DNA from: Telmatocola sphagniphila
Lineage (GTDB): Bacteria > Planctomycetota > Planctomycetia > Gemmatales > Gemmataceae
NCBI RefSeq assembly: GCF_018398935.1
Contig: NZ_CP074694.1
Coordinates: 360,001 to 392,000, forward strand
Direction of reading: 5' to 3'
Length of the DNA stretch: 32,000 nt
Shown here: piece after piece, positions 8,664-18,932 of the stretch
How the letters are laid out: each line of letters opens with the position of its first letter
How positions within the stretch are numbered: the first letter of the stretch is position 1
Notes under the pieces: generated by a model
Database searches by the model: none
Seen by the model: only the letters and a program-made list of their open reading frames with translations
What the model was told of the DNA's origin: nothing
Position numbers and translations under genes: made by a program

Positions 8664-11600
8664 TCAAGGCGTTTCGACGGTCACAGCCACCACGATCGGG
8701 GCCGTTTCGTCCCGGCCTTTTACCAGCTCGATATTCTCGATGACCGCATTCGATTTCGGCGTCACCGAGAGGTATCGAATCTGTTGGCTGGGAACTTTAA
8801 ATGCCAGTTTGGAGTTGGGGACATCCACCACGCGGATGTAGTCGGCCATTTCCTCGCCGTTCTTCAACGGATGATCTTCGACTTTGCCATCTTTGTAGTG
8901 CAGCCGAACGATCATCGAAGTTGAACCCTTCGCGCCATACGGGTAACCCCAGCCGCTGATACCGCCGAGGATGTGAATGCTTCGAGCGGCGGTGTTACAG
9001 GCCAAAGAGACCGACTTGGGCATGTTCGGCGTCTTGAGTCCGTTGGGGCTATTGAGTAGCACGATGTTTCTCTTGCCGTCGGTGGGATCGACCAGCACGA
9101 ACGGTACACCGTTGAAGGTTTTCGGTTTCCAGTCGCTGAAGGTTAAGCGCTCGGCCATACCGGCATCGTCAAAGAACATGCCTTTGATGCTGCAAGCGGT
9201 GGCCACACGATCCAGCGGCAGCGGGACGAATTTTCCTTTTTCCGTCAGGAACTCGAGCAGATTGGCGAATTCGTCGGCGTTCATCTGCTTTTCGAACCCT
9301 TCGGGCATCAGCGATTTATTCGAAGTCGTGATCTCTTCGATGTCTTCGCGAAGGATTGTCTGCTTCTTGGCCTGGGCATCGATCAATTCGACCGAGGTCT
9401 TGGTTTCCGAAGCCAACAAACCATTCAGCACCGTTCCCGCCGCGGTCTTCACCGTGTACATGCGGTAGTTGCCTTCGACGCTTCGACTCGGATCGAGGAT
9501 GTGGACGATCAGTTCTTCCTTCGGATGGACCGACATACCGGTCAGATCGGGTCCGACCATGTTTCCTTCACCGTTGATGCGGTGGCAGATGGCACAATGT
9601 TTGGTGAACATCTGCTTACCTATCTTGGAGTCGCCGGCTTTCTTGGTGGTGAACATCCACTCGTCGATGACTTTCTGCCGGTCGGCGTTGGGGATGCCGC
9701 CGCCGGAGGCCAGCAGTTTCTTCGCGCGTTCGGCAATCCGCCGATCCGCATTGTTTGCCAAATTCTGCTTCTGATCCAAGCTGAGTTCGGAGATGGAGAT
9801 TTGCTGTTTCTCCATGGCGGTCAACAGATCGAGTGTCAGATTCTTGCGAGCGATGATTTCCCGAAGAGCCGCCCCCTTGAGGTTGGGCGACCAGGAATTG
9901 AACATTTTCAGAACCGTGCCAGTCGCTTCCGAGGAATTCTGCAGCACCGATTCCACCACGGCTTGCGAAACCACCGGAGGAGTCCGCGGCGTAATCAAAC
10001 CCAGCAGTTTTTCGATCGATTTCGCATCCGAGCGAGTCAATTGCACCAGTTGACGAACGGCGGCCACGCGCTGGTTGTCCGGGGCTTTTTCGTCTCCGGC
10101 GATTTTGAAACCGGCCTCCGTAATCTCCGCGGATTCCTTGTCGAAAATCGTCGATTCGCAAAGCTGGGCGACCTGCAACAATTGCCCTTTGGTCTGGAAG
10201 TTAACCTTCTGGTAGAGCTGCTTCAGGCTCTTCACCTGAACCTCGCTCAAAGTCACTCTGCCCTTCTTCGTCCAACCTTTAATCGCGGCCTGCAGATAGC
10301 TGTTGACCAGTTCGGAAACCTTCGGCCAGGTCTTTTCGTCGATCTTGGACTCCAGCGAAGAGAGCGCGTCCAGAACTGAACTCCCCTTTCCACTGCGGGC
10401 CATATGTTCGGTGACAATACCCAGGATTTCCGTGGGGGAGAAATTCAGAGGTTGCTTGGCCGCTGCGTCGAACAGAGCCGTTACGAAATGAGGAGCGTGA
10501 GTCGCGGCGGCCGCCGTGCTGGCGTCCCGCAACCAGCGATCACCCGAATTGAGCGGATTCTCAAGGAACTGTACAAGGGCCTTGCCCGCCGCGGCGGAGG
10601 GAGGCATTTCGCTGAGGGTCAGCAAAGCGGCCAGACGGACCTGAGCATCCGAGTCTTCCAGAACATTGCTTTCAAGCAGTTTGTTCAGGCCGGCTTCCGT
10701 GCGGGGTAACAACTGAACTGCTGCCCGGCGGACACCCGCGGCGGGGGAAGTCAAAGCCGCGAAAACCGCTTGCTGGGTTTCAGCGGTGTCGAGGGCGTTC
10801 AAGCCTTCTAAAGTCCACAGAGCGTGCATGGAGCCGGCATCAATCCCGATTTCATCCGGCTTGGGTGATTTCAAAAGTGCCATCAGTTGAGGAACGACGT
10901 CCTTCTGGCCCCGTTCCACCAGAAGTCGCTGAGCGTGATTTCGCCAGAACATGTTGGAATTTCGCAGCGTTTCGACCAGCTTCTCCGGAGTTGCACCTTT
11001 CAGGGTGAAGGCTACTTCTGACTTGGCATTTTTTGGAACCACGCGATAGATGCGGCCCAGCTTCTTGTCGCGCAGGTCTGTCTCATAAGCGCCGCCTTTA
11101 CCGGTCGTCCAACCGACTGGCGTAGGGTTGTGCTGAACGATGAAGTTGTACCAGTCGATGTACCAGACGCTTCCATCCGGGCCGACCTCGGCCATGATCG
11201 GGGCCGTCCACTCATCGTTGCTGGCAATCAGATTCCAGGAGTTCTTGGAAACGTAATCGCTTCCCTTGGGGGAGATCTGGAAGGTGGAGATCACGTGGCC
11301 GGTCGGTTCGGTGACGAAAGCGACTTTATCCCAGTAGTAGCTGGGGTAATTGCGGGCCGTGTAGAGCGCGTGCCCGGCGGCGGCGGTATGACCGCCGTGC
11401 CAGTCGACCTGGCGGACATTTTCCGTGATGGGATGGATTGGGGCATTACCAGCAATCCCGCTGAGAACGCTGGAAGACCAGCCGAGTACCCGTTCGTAGT
11501 AGCGATTGGCAATCGGCATGTAAACGCTGGGATTGCCGTTCGCGGTCGAGCCGAAAAGAACCCCTTCTTCGGAGAGACCGATACCCCACGAGTTGTTATT

Positions 11601-13016
11601 CGTGCTGCGCAGAAACTCGAATTGATTGGTGTCAGGCTTGTAGCGATAGAAGCCCTGGCCGAAACGGAAATTTTCGCTGCCGATGGTGCCGTTGAAGCCC
11701 GAGTAACCGACCATGCCGTAGATCCAGTTGTCCAACCCGTAGTGCAGGTTGCTGGGCCCGGCGTGGGTGTCGTTAGTATGCCAACCGGTAAAGAGCACTC
11801 GGCGTTCATCGGCGTGTCCGCTTCCAGTGTTATCCTTCAGGAAAAGGGTATCGGGTGCCTGATGCACGATCACACCGCCCCGATGGAAAATCAGGCTGGT
11901 GGGAATACTCAATTTATCGGCAAAAACGGTGATCTTGTCGGCCACTCCCTTACCGGTGGTGTCCTCACAAATCACGATCTTATCACGGCCCTGTCCCTTG
12001 GGTTGCAACTCGTTCGGGTAATCGTAAGTCAGTGCCACCCAGAGTCGGCCCTGTTCATCCCAGTTCATGCAGATCGGCTTGCCGCCGAGCTTTTCTTCGG
12101 AGACGAAGAGCTTGATGTCGAAATCATCGGGATGAACGACGTGCTTCACCGATTCTTCGGGAGAAAGCGGCTTCTGCATCTTGTTCAAAGGTTCGCGTTT
12201 TTCGCCGGCTTTTTTGCCGGGAGGATAAAAGGCCACTTTGGCCGGTACGTATTCAAATGGTTTGAGATCGTTGGGAAGTTCGGTAATTTTGGGTTTTGCA
12301 TCGGCTTTGGGAAGGGTCGCGGGATCGAGACCGACGGCCCAGTAAACGCCTCGGGCCACCAGTTGCTGGAAGCCTTCATTGCTCCAGGTACGGTCGTCAT
12401 GGCCCCAGGCGGTATAAAACACGCGGCCTTTGCCTTGAGTACGAGTCCAAGTCCAGGGTTCCTTGCCAGAACCTTCGGGGTGATATTCCAGAACCGTCCG
12501 ATTTTTTTCGTTGTGTTTGTGGTGAACGTAGGTTTCATCCCAGCTTTCGAAGGGCTGGAAGCCTTTCATGATGGGATGGTCGGGCAGGGCGATTTCGGTC
12601 TTCAATATCCCGGTACCGTGTCGTTGGAATTGAGCCCCAACGAGTTCAATGTACTTCGGTGAATTGAGGAAGCAGTAGGAACCGCAGTGCAGGCAGATCA
12701 GGGCTTTGCCATTCTCGACATAGTTGATCAGGGCCGATTCCTGTTCCTTGCTGATCTTCTCCTGATTGGCATAGATCATGATCGCATCGTACCGGCTCAA
12801 CGTCTTTTCATTCAAAGAATCGACGGAATCGGTGTACACCAATTCGATTCCCATCTTTTCCAGGACCGGAGCCAGCGTTCGATAGCGCTCGGCCGGTTGG
12901 TGATGGCCGTTGTCACCCAGGAAAAGGAGGGTGAGTTTTTTCGGCGGTGCGGCTTGGCCGCTGAATCCTATCGCCAGGGCAGCGATGCAGAGACAAGAGA
13001 GTAAACGCTTGATCAT
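8664..13016 (-). CDS. Giant multidomain PVC-type heme-binding CxxCH protein (ThuA-like domain + membrane-bound-dehydrogenase-like beta-propeller + HEAT repeats + cytochrome c domain + C-terminal domain of unknown function)
   Basis: Signal peptide MIKRLLSCLCIAALAIGFSG. ThuA-like block (LLFLGDNGHH ... LICLHCGSYCF ... FYTAWGHDD). Dehydrogenase-like block (PLSPEESVKHVVHPDDFDIKLFVSEE ... NWDEQGRLWV). Ala/Leu-rich HEAT-like repeats. Heme c site KHCAICHRINGEGNMVGPDLTG. The track start 13031 is TTG; I use ATG 13016. Confidence 0.85.
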   Translation of the reverse strand: MIKRLLSCLCIAALAIGFSGQAAPPKKLTLLFLGDNGHHQPAERYRTLAPVLEKMGIELVYTDSVDSLNEKTLSRYDAIMIYANQEKISKEQESALINYVENGKALICLHCGSYCFLNSPKYIELVGAQFQRHGTGILKTEIALPDHPIMKGFQPFESWDETYVHHKHNEKNRTVLEYHPEGSGKEPWTWTRTQGKGRVFYTAWGHDDRTWSNEGFQQLVARGVYWAVGLDPATLPKADAKPKITELPNDLKPFEYVPAKVAFYPPGKKAGEKREPLNKMQKPLSPEESVKHVVHPDDFDIKLFVSEEKLGGKPICMNWDEQGRLWVALTYDYPNELQPKGQGRDKIVICEDTTGKGVADKITVFADKLSIPTSLIFHRGGVIVHQAPDTLFLKDNTGSGHADERRVLFTGWHTNDTHAGPSNLHYGLDNWIYGMVGYSGFNGTIGSENFRFGQGFYRYKPDTNQFEFLRSTNNNSWGIGLSEEGVLFGSTANGNPSVYMPIANRYYERVLGWSSSVLSGIAGNAPIHPITENVRQVDWHGGHTAAAGHALYTARNYPSYYWDKVAFVTEPTGHVISTFQISPKGSDYVSKNSWNLIASNDEWTAPIMAEVGPDGSVWYIDWYNFIVQHNPTPVGWTTGKGGAYETDLRDKKLGRIYRVVPKNAKSEVAFTLKGATPEKLVETLRNSNMFWRNHAQRLLVERGQKDVVPQLMALLKSPKPDEIGIDAGSMHALWTLEGLNALDTAETQQAVFAALTSPAAGVRRAAVQLLPRTEAGLNKLLESNVLEDSDAQVRLAALLTLSEMPPSAAAGKALVQFLENPLNSGDRWLRDASTAAAATHAPHFVTALFDAAAKQPLNFSPTEILGIVTEHMARSGKGSSVLDALSSLESKIDEKTWPKVSELVNSYLQAAIKGWTKKGRVTLSEVQVKSLKQLYQKVNFQTKGQLLQVAQLCESTIFDKESAEITEAGFKIAGDEKAPDNQRVAAVRQLVQLTRSDAKSIEKLLGLITPRTPPVVSQAVVESVLQNSSEATGTVLKMFNSWSPNLKGAALREIIARKNLTLDLLTAMEKQQISISELSLDQKQNLANNADRRIAERAKKLLASGGGIPNADRQKVIDEWMFTTKKAGDSKIGKQMFTKHCAICHRINGEGNMVGPDLTGMSVHPKEELIVHILDPSRSVEGNYRMYTVKTAAGTVLNGLLASETKTSVELIDAQAKKQTILREDIEEITTSNKSLMPEGFEKQMNADEFANLLEFLTEKGKFVPLPLDRVATACSIKGMFFDDAGMAERLTFSDWKPKTFNGVPFVLVDPTDGKRNIVLLNSPNGLKTPNMPKSVSLACNTAARSIHILGGISGWGYPYGAKGSTSMIVRLHYKDGKVEDHPLKNGEEMADYIRVVDVPNSKLAFKVPSQQIRYLSVTPKSNAVIENIELVKGRDETAPIVVAVTVETP

Positions 13017-13207
13017 TTCTTTTGCTCGCAACAGAATATCCTTGCGTATTCAGTATCGCAAAGACAGAGTAGACAATTGATAACTATAGTACAGTAAAGC
13101 AGTCAAACTTTACATTGCATGCAGATGAAAAATTTAGGAATGTTTCCGTTTTGAACGCTTGCATGCGATAACCGCAGTCCGAATCCTTCGATCACCGAGG
13201 TAGAAAC

Positions 13208-16186
13208 TTGTCCGCTTGCAAATCCTCTCTTTTCGCCTTCCTATTGTCCACGATAGCAGTACTGCTCTGCAACAAGAATGTTTCGCAGGTTACGGCGGCG
13301 GAACCCAAGTTCGTTAAAGAAGATCGCCTGGTGCTTCAGCTAGTCGCCAGTGATCCCGACATTGTGACCCCGACTGGTATCGCGGTCGATTCTCAGGGAC
13401 GAATCTGGGTCATCGAAAATCATACTCATCAGCGCCCATCGAACTACAAAGGGCCGGCCACGGATCGCATCCGGCTCCTGGAAGATTTCGAACCGAAGAC
13501 GGGAAAAGCCAAGAAAATCACAACGGTCTATGAGGGTTTCAAGAATTCGATGGGGCTGGCTTTCAGTCCGGAAGGCCGGTTATTCCTGGCTACTCGCGCG
13601 GCCATTTTGGAACTCGTTCTGTCCAAGGAAGGTAATTCGGTAGTTGAGAAAAAAGAGATTCTTCGCCTGGAAACCAAGGGCGACTATCCGCATAACGGCC
13701 TCAGCGGTTTTGCATTCGATAGCGTTGGCCACATGATTTTCGGACTGGGAGAAAATCTCGGCGAGAACTACTCCATCGTCGGCAGCGACGGCAAGAAATG
13801 GAACGGCGGTGGCGAAGGAGGATCCGTTTTTCGCTGTAAGCCGGATGGTTCGAATTTGGAACGAGTCGCCACCGGTTTCTGGAATCCCTTCGCCCAAGCA
13901 TACGATACCGCCGGGCATCTCTTCATTGTGGATAACGATCCGGATGCTCGCGGCCCCTGTCGATTGGTGCATGTCATCGACGGAGGAGATTACGGTTATC
14001 GCTTCCGTTATGGACGCAAAGGTTTGCATCCGTTCGTTTGTTGGAATGGGGAACTCCCCGGCTGCCTGCCGATGGCGGCCGGCACGCTGGAAGCCCCATC
14101 CGGTCTTTTGTGTTATCAGCATGGGTTGTTACCGCAGGATTATTACGGCAAACTTTTCTCGACCTCCTGGGGCGATCACGTCATTGAAGTGTTTGAAACC
14201 AAACCCAAAGGATCGAGTTTCGAGGCAACTTCGCGAATTCTGGTGAAAGGGGATGAGAACTTCCGACCGGTGGGAATTGTGCAATGTCCCGATGGTACGC
14301 TGGTGTTTTCCGATTGGGTCGATAAGTCCTATCCAGTGCACGGCAAAGGAAAGATCTGGCGCCTGGCCCCGAAATCGGAGAGTCGTTTTTCACCGAAAAT
14401 TATCAACGATCAGACCAATAATCTGGTGTTGAAGCGGCTGATGAACGATGAGGACAAGGTCGTTCGGGAACTGGCCGCTCGGGAGATGGTGAAGAGAGGT
14501 GGTGCGGATCGCGATGTGGTCATTAAAGCGCTTTCGGACAAAACCCGTCCGCGCGCGGCCACGGCCAGCCTCCACGCTTTGTTTAGTTCCACGCAGAAGG
14601 AGCGAACCGAAATTCTGGGGGCGATGCTGACCAACACCCCGGTTCAGGCGGAAGCTCTTCGGCTCTTGCAATTCGATCCTAAATTAAGCGAAGCCATGCG
14701 GCCCTCGCTGATGCCGTTGTTGGTCGCCAAGCCGAACCCGGAAGTCAGCCGGGAAATCCTCGCGGCGTTAACGGATAATTTTGACCTGCTGGTTGCACTC
14801 GAAGAGAGTCGCAGCGAGGATCCCTTCGTACGTGCAACCGTCATTGATCTTTTGGACCGATTAATGCCGATGCCCCAGCTGGAGTCGCTCGTCACATCCA
14901 GCACCACCGCCCAGGACCCGAAAAGATTGACGGCCGCTCTAGTTGCTTTCCAGCGAAAATTGGCCAAGGGAGCAGAAACCCAGGCAGATCTCTCGGCCTT
15001 GTTGACGCATGCCGATCCTGTCGTTCGGCAGACGCTGGTTCGCATTATTGCGGAGCAGAAACTATCGGCCTATTATCCCAAGCTCAGCGATGTGTTGAGT
15101 GTCCAGCCGGTGACGCGCGAACTGGTGGAGACTTTTGTCGCCGCAGAGAATTGGATCGCGTTCAAAGAGCCGGTGATGCGAAATGAATTCGATGCTTCCG
15201 AAGGTGTGATTCGCTATCTCGAGGACACTAAATATCCGGAGAATATTCGGGCCCAATTTCTGAAACTGGCTGATCCTAATGCACCCAAACTGAAAACTGC
15301 TACTCTCGTGAAATGGGCCGGTTCCTCGAAGCCGGATATTCGATTACAGGCTGTGAAACTGCTCGCCATCAGGCAAGATCACGAAGCCAAAGCTTATTTT
15401 CGAACACTCTATACCGATGCCCAACTCTCAAAAGATTTAAGGAGTTGGATGGCCCTGGGCTTGGCGAATGCGAATAAGCCGGAGGATGTTGGTTGGCTTT
15501 TGAACCAGTCGCAATCGGACATTTCGCTCGAGGCCGTGCGTTCGCTGCAATCTTTGAAACTCGATACCAAACAAAAAGCATCGGTGCTGGCCGATCTCAG
15601 CAAATCGACCGCAAAAGATGTGGAGTATGCTGAAGCACTCGTCCGTTTCGCCAAGCATCAGGGCCTGTCGGAAAAGGTCGATGGATCCGTACTCGAAAAA
15701 GTCCCAGGTCGGCCGAAAGCCGTCACCGATCAGTCCGGTTGGGAGAAAATTCTGGCCGGGTCGGGAGATCCCGCGGCCGGGGAACGCCTATTCTTCCATC
15801 CCAACGGGCCGAAATGCTATAGCTGCCATCGGGTTCAAGGCCGGGGCGCCATGATCGGACCTGAACTCTCACAGATCGGTGGAGCGTTGAAGCGGGAAAA
15901 ATTGATCGAATCGATTCTGCAGCCGAGCAAGGAAATTGCCCCTTTGTTCACGGCCTGGCAGATCACCACGGTCGATGGCAAATCGCGTTTGGGACTGATT
16001 ATCAGCGAGAATTTTGACAGCACCGTCAGCATCGCGGATGGTAACGGCAAGATCGAGCGGATCCCGAAGCTGGATATCGAAGATCGTAAAGCTTCCACGA
16101 AATCGCTGATGCCGGATGGACTGGAGCAGTTGATGACCCTGAAGGAGTTTCGGGATCTGATTGCCTATCTGGAGTCGTTGAAATAG
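13208..16186 (+). CDS. PVC-type heme-binding CxxCH protein (beta-propeller dehydrogenase-like + HEAT repeats + cytochrome c domain)
   Basis: TTG start with GAGG 8 nt upstream and an N-terminal signal peptide. Propeller-like N-terminal half (DSQGRIWVIENH, GHLFIVDNDPD). HEAT-like repeats. C-terminal heme site PKCYSCHRVQGRGAMIGPELSQIG followed by SLMPDGLE, the same architecture as the C-terminal part of the divergent neighbour. Confidence 0.8.
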   Translation: MSACKSSLFAFLLSTIAVLLCNKNVSQVTAAEPKFVKEDRLVLQLVASDPDIVTPTGIAVDSQGRIWVIENHTHQRPSNYKGPATDRIRLLEDFEPKTGKAKKITTVYEGFKNSMGLAFSPEGRLFLATRAAILELVLSKEGNSVVEKKEILRLETKGDYPHNGLSGFAFDSVGHMIFGLGENLGENYSIVGSDGKKWNGGGEGGSVFRCKPDGSNLERVATGFWNPFAQAYDTAGHLFIVDNDPDARGPCRLVHVIDGGDYGYRFRYGRKGLHPFVCWNGELPGCLPMAAGTLEAPSGLLCYQHGLLPQDYYGKLFSTSWGDHVIEVFETKPKGSSFEATSRILVKGDENFRPVGIVQCPDGTLVFSDWVDKSYPVHGKGKIWRLAPKSESRFSPKIINDQTNNLVLKRLMNDEDKVVRELAAREMVKRGGADRDVVIKALSDKTRPRAATASLHALFSSTQKERTEILGAMLTNTPVQAEALRLLQFDPKLSEAMRPSLMPLLVAKPNPEVSREILAALTDNFDLLVALEESRSEDPFVRATVIDLLDRLMPMPQLESLVTSSTTAQDPKRLTAALVAFQRKLAKGAETQADLSALLTHADPVVRQTLVRIIAEQKLSAYYPKLSDVLSVQPVTRELVETFVAAENWIAFKEPVMRNEFDASEGVIRYLEDTKYPENIRAQFLKLADPNAPKLKTATLVKWAGSSKPDIRLQAVKLLAIRQDHEAKAYFRTLYTDAQLSKDLRSWMALGLANANKPEDVGWLLNQSQSDISLEAVRSLQSLKLDTKQKASVLADLSKSTAKDVEYAEALVRFAKHQGLSEKVDGSVLEKVPGRPKAVTDQSGWEKILAGSGDPAAGERLFFHPNGPKCYSCHRVQGRGAMIGPELSQIGGALKREKLIESILQPSKEIAPLFTAWQITTVDGKSRLGLIISENFDSTVSIADGNGKIERIPKLDIEDRKASTKSLMPDGLEQLMTLKEFRDLIAYLESLK

Positions 16187-16210
16187 CTATCAGCTATCAG
16201 CTATCAGCTA
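16185..16210. repeat. Heptanucleotide tandem repeat (AGCTATC) x ~3.7
   Basis: Read directly: agctatc agctatc agctatc agcta, starting inside the TAG stop codon of the 13208..16186 gene. Confidence 0.85.
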
Positions 16211-16295
16211 ATGAAATGGTTGGCATTTGTCACAACGATCATTGAAAATTACTTGGCTGAGCGTTGAATCTGAAAGCTGCGACTACATTATCTTA

Positions 16296-16314
16296 GCTGA
16301 CCGCTGACCGCTGA
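16296..16314. repeat. Heptanucleotide tandem repeat (GCTGACC) x ~2.7
   Basis: Read directly: gctgacc gctgacc gctga, located 14 nt upstream of ATG 16328. Confidence 0.8.
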
Positions 16315-16327
16315 AAAGGTTTCTCTA

Positions 16328-17956
16328 ATGAGTTCGGTACCTCTCAAAAATATTCTGAAGCTCGTAGATCCCAAACAAACCACGGAGATTCGAAGATCGG
16401 CGATTGTCGTGCTGGGAGAATTGGGCCAACGGGAAGGAGATACTTCCGAGGCCATCCATGAATGCCTACGAGATACGGATCAGGGGATTCGCCTCGCCAG
16501 CATCGTCGCGATTGGCCAGCTTAAGATCGATGCCGCGTTGCCTGAATTGCTCGAAAAAATCAAGCATGGCGGACTCGAGAGCGAACTGGCGGCGGACGCC
16601 GTGGCCAAACTCGGTGTCAAGGGGCGGAAGGCCTTGCAGGACTTGATGGGGAAGGTGGCACCGGGTCTGAGGAAGTATATTGCTTCTTCTCTGGCCGCAA
16701 GTGGGGCGGATCGAGCTGATGCGGATGCGTTGAAAATCCTTCAGGATAAAGACCCGGCCGTAGTGGAAGCGGCTCTGGGTTCGATGATGGGAAGTATTCC
16801 TAACCTGGGAGCTTCACAAAGGAAAGCTCTGGCCGATCAACTGATCGAATTGGTTTCCAACAAAAAGCAGCCGATCGCGACGAGTATGGAAGCGGCGGCA
16901 TTGAAATTGTTGGCGGTTTTCGACGATCCGCGAATCGGCAAAATCTTGTGGGAGCGCGTACAGCCTGGGCGTAACCCCGACATTCGCATGGCGGCCTTGC
17001 AATCGATCGGCAAATTCACCACTTCACCGAACAAAGAACAGTTGGCGATATTGTTTGGCTGTGCCTGCGAACCTGATTTTCGCATGGCGGCCCCGGCCTT
17101 GATGATGCTGAAAAATGTCAAAGTCACTGACAAATCGCTGAACGATTGGCTGGTACTGTTCAAGGCGGTCGATTCGGCCACCCGGCAATTTGCGATGGAT
17201 AAGCTCGAGGGATTCGATACGCCTGAGTTGGCCGGGGCTTTGCTTCCGTTAATTCGCAGTTCGGATCGCAAGTTCGCGGAAGCGGCGACCCGGAAACTAA
17301 CCGAGCTGGAAAGCGGGCGAAAGCTTCTTTCCGAAGCTCTGCTGGAAGCGGAAACGCCCGATCAATACTGGCAATATGCCCGCATGCTGGTGCCGATTGC
17401 CAAACAGTACCCGGCCAGATGGCGGGATACGGTTTTCAAGAAGCTCACTAAGTATATCGAGGAGAATGATCGCCGGGCCGATTCGCTTGTATTTCTGATG
17501 GGCGAGACCGATGCGGGCGATCTGCGCGAGCGACTGGAAACTTTTGCCGTCGAACTGCGCAAGAAAAAAGCCTACGAGCGAGCTTATCCTTTCCTGAGAA
17601 CGCTAGCCCGCGATCCCGCTTGCGGCATGTCGGCCCGCTTTGAACTGGCGACGGTTGGTTTGAAGCTTTCCGCGAAAGATTTCAGTGAAGATAGTCGCGC
17701 CAAAGATACCTGTCTCCACAGCTTTTCCACACTTTTGCAGCATCAGCAGAATGACGAGGAAATTTTCCAGCAACTCGAAAAAGTGAAATGGCTGGAACCG
17801 GAAGATCTGTACTATCTGGGCTTCCATTTTGCGGATCACGAAGCCCGGCACAAAAAGTTCGCCAGCCTGGTGCTGAAACTGGTCGTCAAGCGATCGCCCA
17901 AATCGAAGCTGGGGCAGAACGCCAAAGCCAAACTGAAAACTTCCGGCTTACAATGA
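16328..17956 (+). CDS. HEAT-repeat domain protein
   Basis: 542 aa, all-helical and Ala/Leu-rich. Recurrent HEAT/PBS-lyase-like units (RRSAIVVLGELG, IRLASIVAIGQL, IRMAALQSIGKF). Same strand as the heme-binding protein and downstream of it. Confidence 0.7.
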   Translation: MSSVPLKNILKLVDPKQTTEIRRSAIVVLGELGQREGDTSEAIHECLRDTDQGIRLASIVAIGQLKIDAALPELLEKIKHGGLESELAADAVAKLGVKGRKALQDLMGKVAPGLRKYIASSLAASGADRADADALKILQDKDPAVVEAALGSMMGSIPNLGASQRKALADQLIELVSNKKQPIATSMEAAALKLLAVFDDPRIGKILWERVQPGRNPDIRMAALQSIGKFTTSPNKEQLAILFGCACEPDFRMAAPALMMLKNVKVTDKSLNDWLVLFKAVDSATRQFAMDKLEGFDTPELAGALLPLIRSSDRKFAEAATRKLTELESGRKLLSEALLEAETPDQYWQYARMLVPIAKQYPARWRDTVFKKLTKYIEENDRRADSLVFLMGETDAGDLRERLETFAVELRKKKAYERAYPFLRTLARDPACGMSARFELATVGLKLSAKDFSEDSRAKDTCLHSFSTLLQHQQNDEEIFQQLEKVKWLEPEDLYYLGFHFADHEARHKKFASLVLKLVVKRSPKSKLGQNAKAKLKTSGLQ

Positions 17957-18038
17957 CGCCTGGTAGCCAAACTCGGTTAAAATGAATTGGGATTAGCAAT
18001 CCCGTTGACTCGCGAACGAAATCCCATGAACTATTAGC

Positions 18039-18932
18039 ATGGCTTCTGATAAATATCTCCGGCCCGAAGTGATTCGGCAGGTCAGCCGTCTCGACCTGCG
18101 TGCCAAGTTCATTGTTGAAGGCTTCCTCAGCGGGTTGCACGGCAGTCCGTTCCAGGGCTTTTCGGTCGAATTCAGCGAGCATCGCAAGTACGTCCCCGGC
18201 GATGACATCAAGGATCTCGACTGGACCGTCTATGCGAAAACCGACAAGTACTATCTGAAGAAATTCCAGGCTGAGACGAACATGACCGGCTACCTGGTCA
18301 TGGATCTTTCGGCCTCCATGGCTTTTACCTATCGGCAGGAGTTGACCAAGTTCGATTATGCGATCTGTCTGGCGGCCGCGCTGGGTTATCTGATGATTTA
18401 CCAGCAGGACCCGGTCGGGCTGGTGACATTCGACAAGAAAATACAGACCATTCTGCCGCCCAAAAGCAAGCGCACTCAGTTGGGCACGATTCTTTCCGTG
18501 TTGTCGAATCTGAAACCCAGTGGTGAGACCGATATTGCGGGTTCACTGCATCAACTCGCCAGTCTGATCAAAACCAAGAGCCTGATCATGATCTTCAGCG
18601 ATCTGCTGACCGATCAGGACGCGGTGATGAAGAGTCTCTATCGTTTCCGGCACTCCGGCCATGAAATCATTCTCTTTCATATCCTGGATGAGGCGGAGGT
18701 GCATTTCCCTTTCGAAGGATTGACCGAGTTCGAAGACGTGGAATCCTCAGAGAAACTGGTGATCGACGCCCGGGGAATGAAATCGGACTATCAGGCCGCG
18801 ATCAAGGAATTCCAGGCGGGCTACAAGGAAGAGTGCAATAAGGCGAATATCGACTATGTGCCGATAGATACGAGCATCAGTTTCGACAAAGCGCTGTTGG
18901 AATATCTTATTCAGCGAACGAGAAGGTTCTAG
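18039..18932 (+). CDS. DUF58 domain protein (vWA-like, MoxR-associated family)
   Basis: Characteristic N-terminal block LRAKFIVEGFLSGLHGSPFQGFSVEFSEHRKYVPGDDIKDLDW, followed by a vWA-like fold region (YLVMDLSASM). Confidence 0.8.
   Translation: MASDKYLRPEVIRQVSRLDLRAKFIVEGFLSGLHGSPFQGFSVEFSEHRKYVPGDDIKDLDWTVYAKTDKYYLKKFQAETNMTGYLVMDLSASMAFTYRQELTKFDYAICLAAALGYLMIYQQDPVGLVTFDKKIQTILPPKSKRTQLGTILSVLSNLKPSGETDIAGSLHQLASLIKTKSLIMIFSDLLTDQDAVMKSLYRFRHSGHEIILFHILDEAEVHFPFEGLTEFEDVESSEKLVIDARGMKSDYQAAIKEFQAGYKEECNKANIDYVPIDTSISFDKALLEYLIQRTRRF

Noticed and set aside
11130-12662. 510-aa plus-strand ORF, together with 9501..10379 (292 aa)
   Set aside because: Both are antisense shadows inside the 1450-aa ThuA/dehydrogenase/cytochrome c gene, and neither has a recognisable motif.
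17989-18003. Small hairpin gggatt-agc-aatccc after the HEAT gene
   Set aside because: The stem is only 6 bp with a 3-nt loop and no U-tract, which is too weak to call a terminator.
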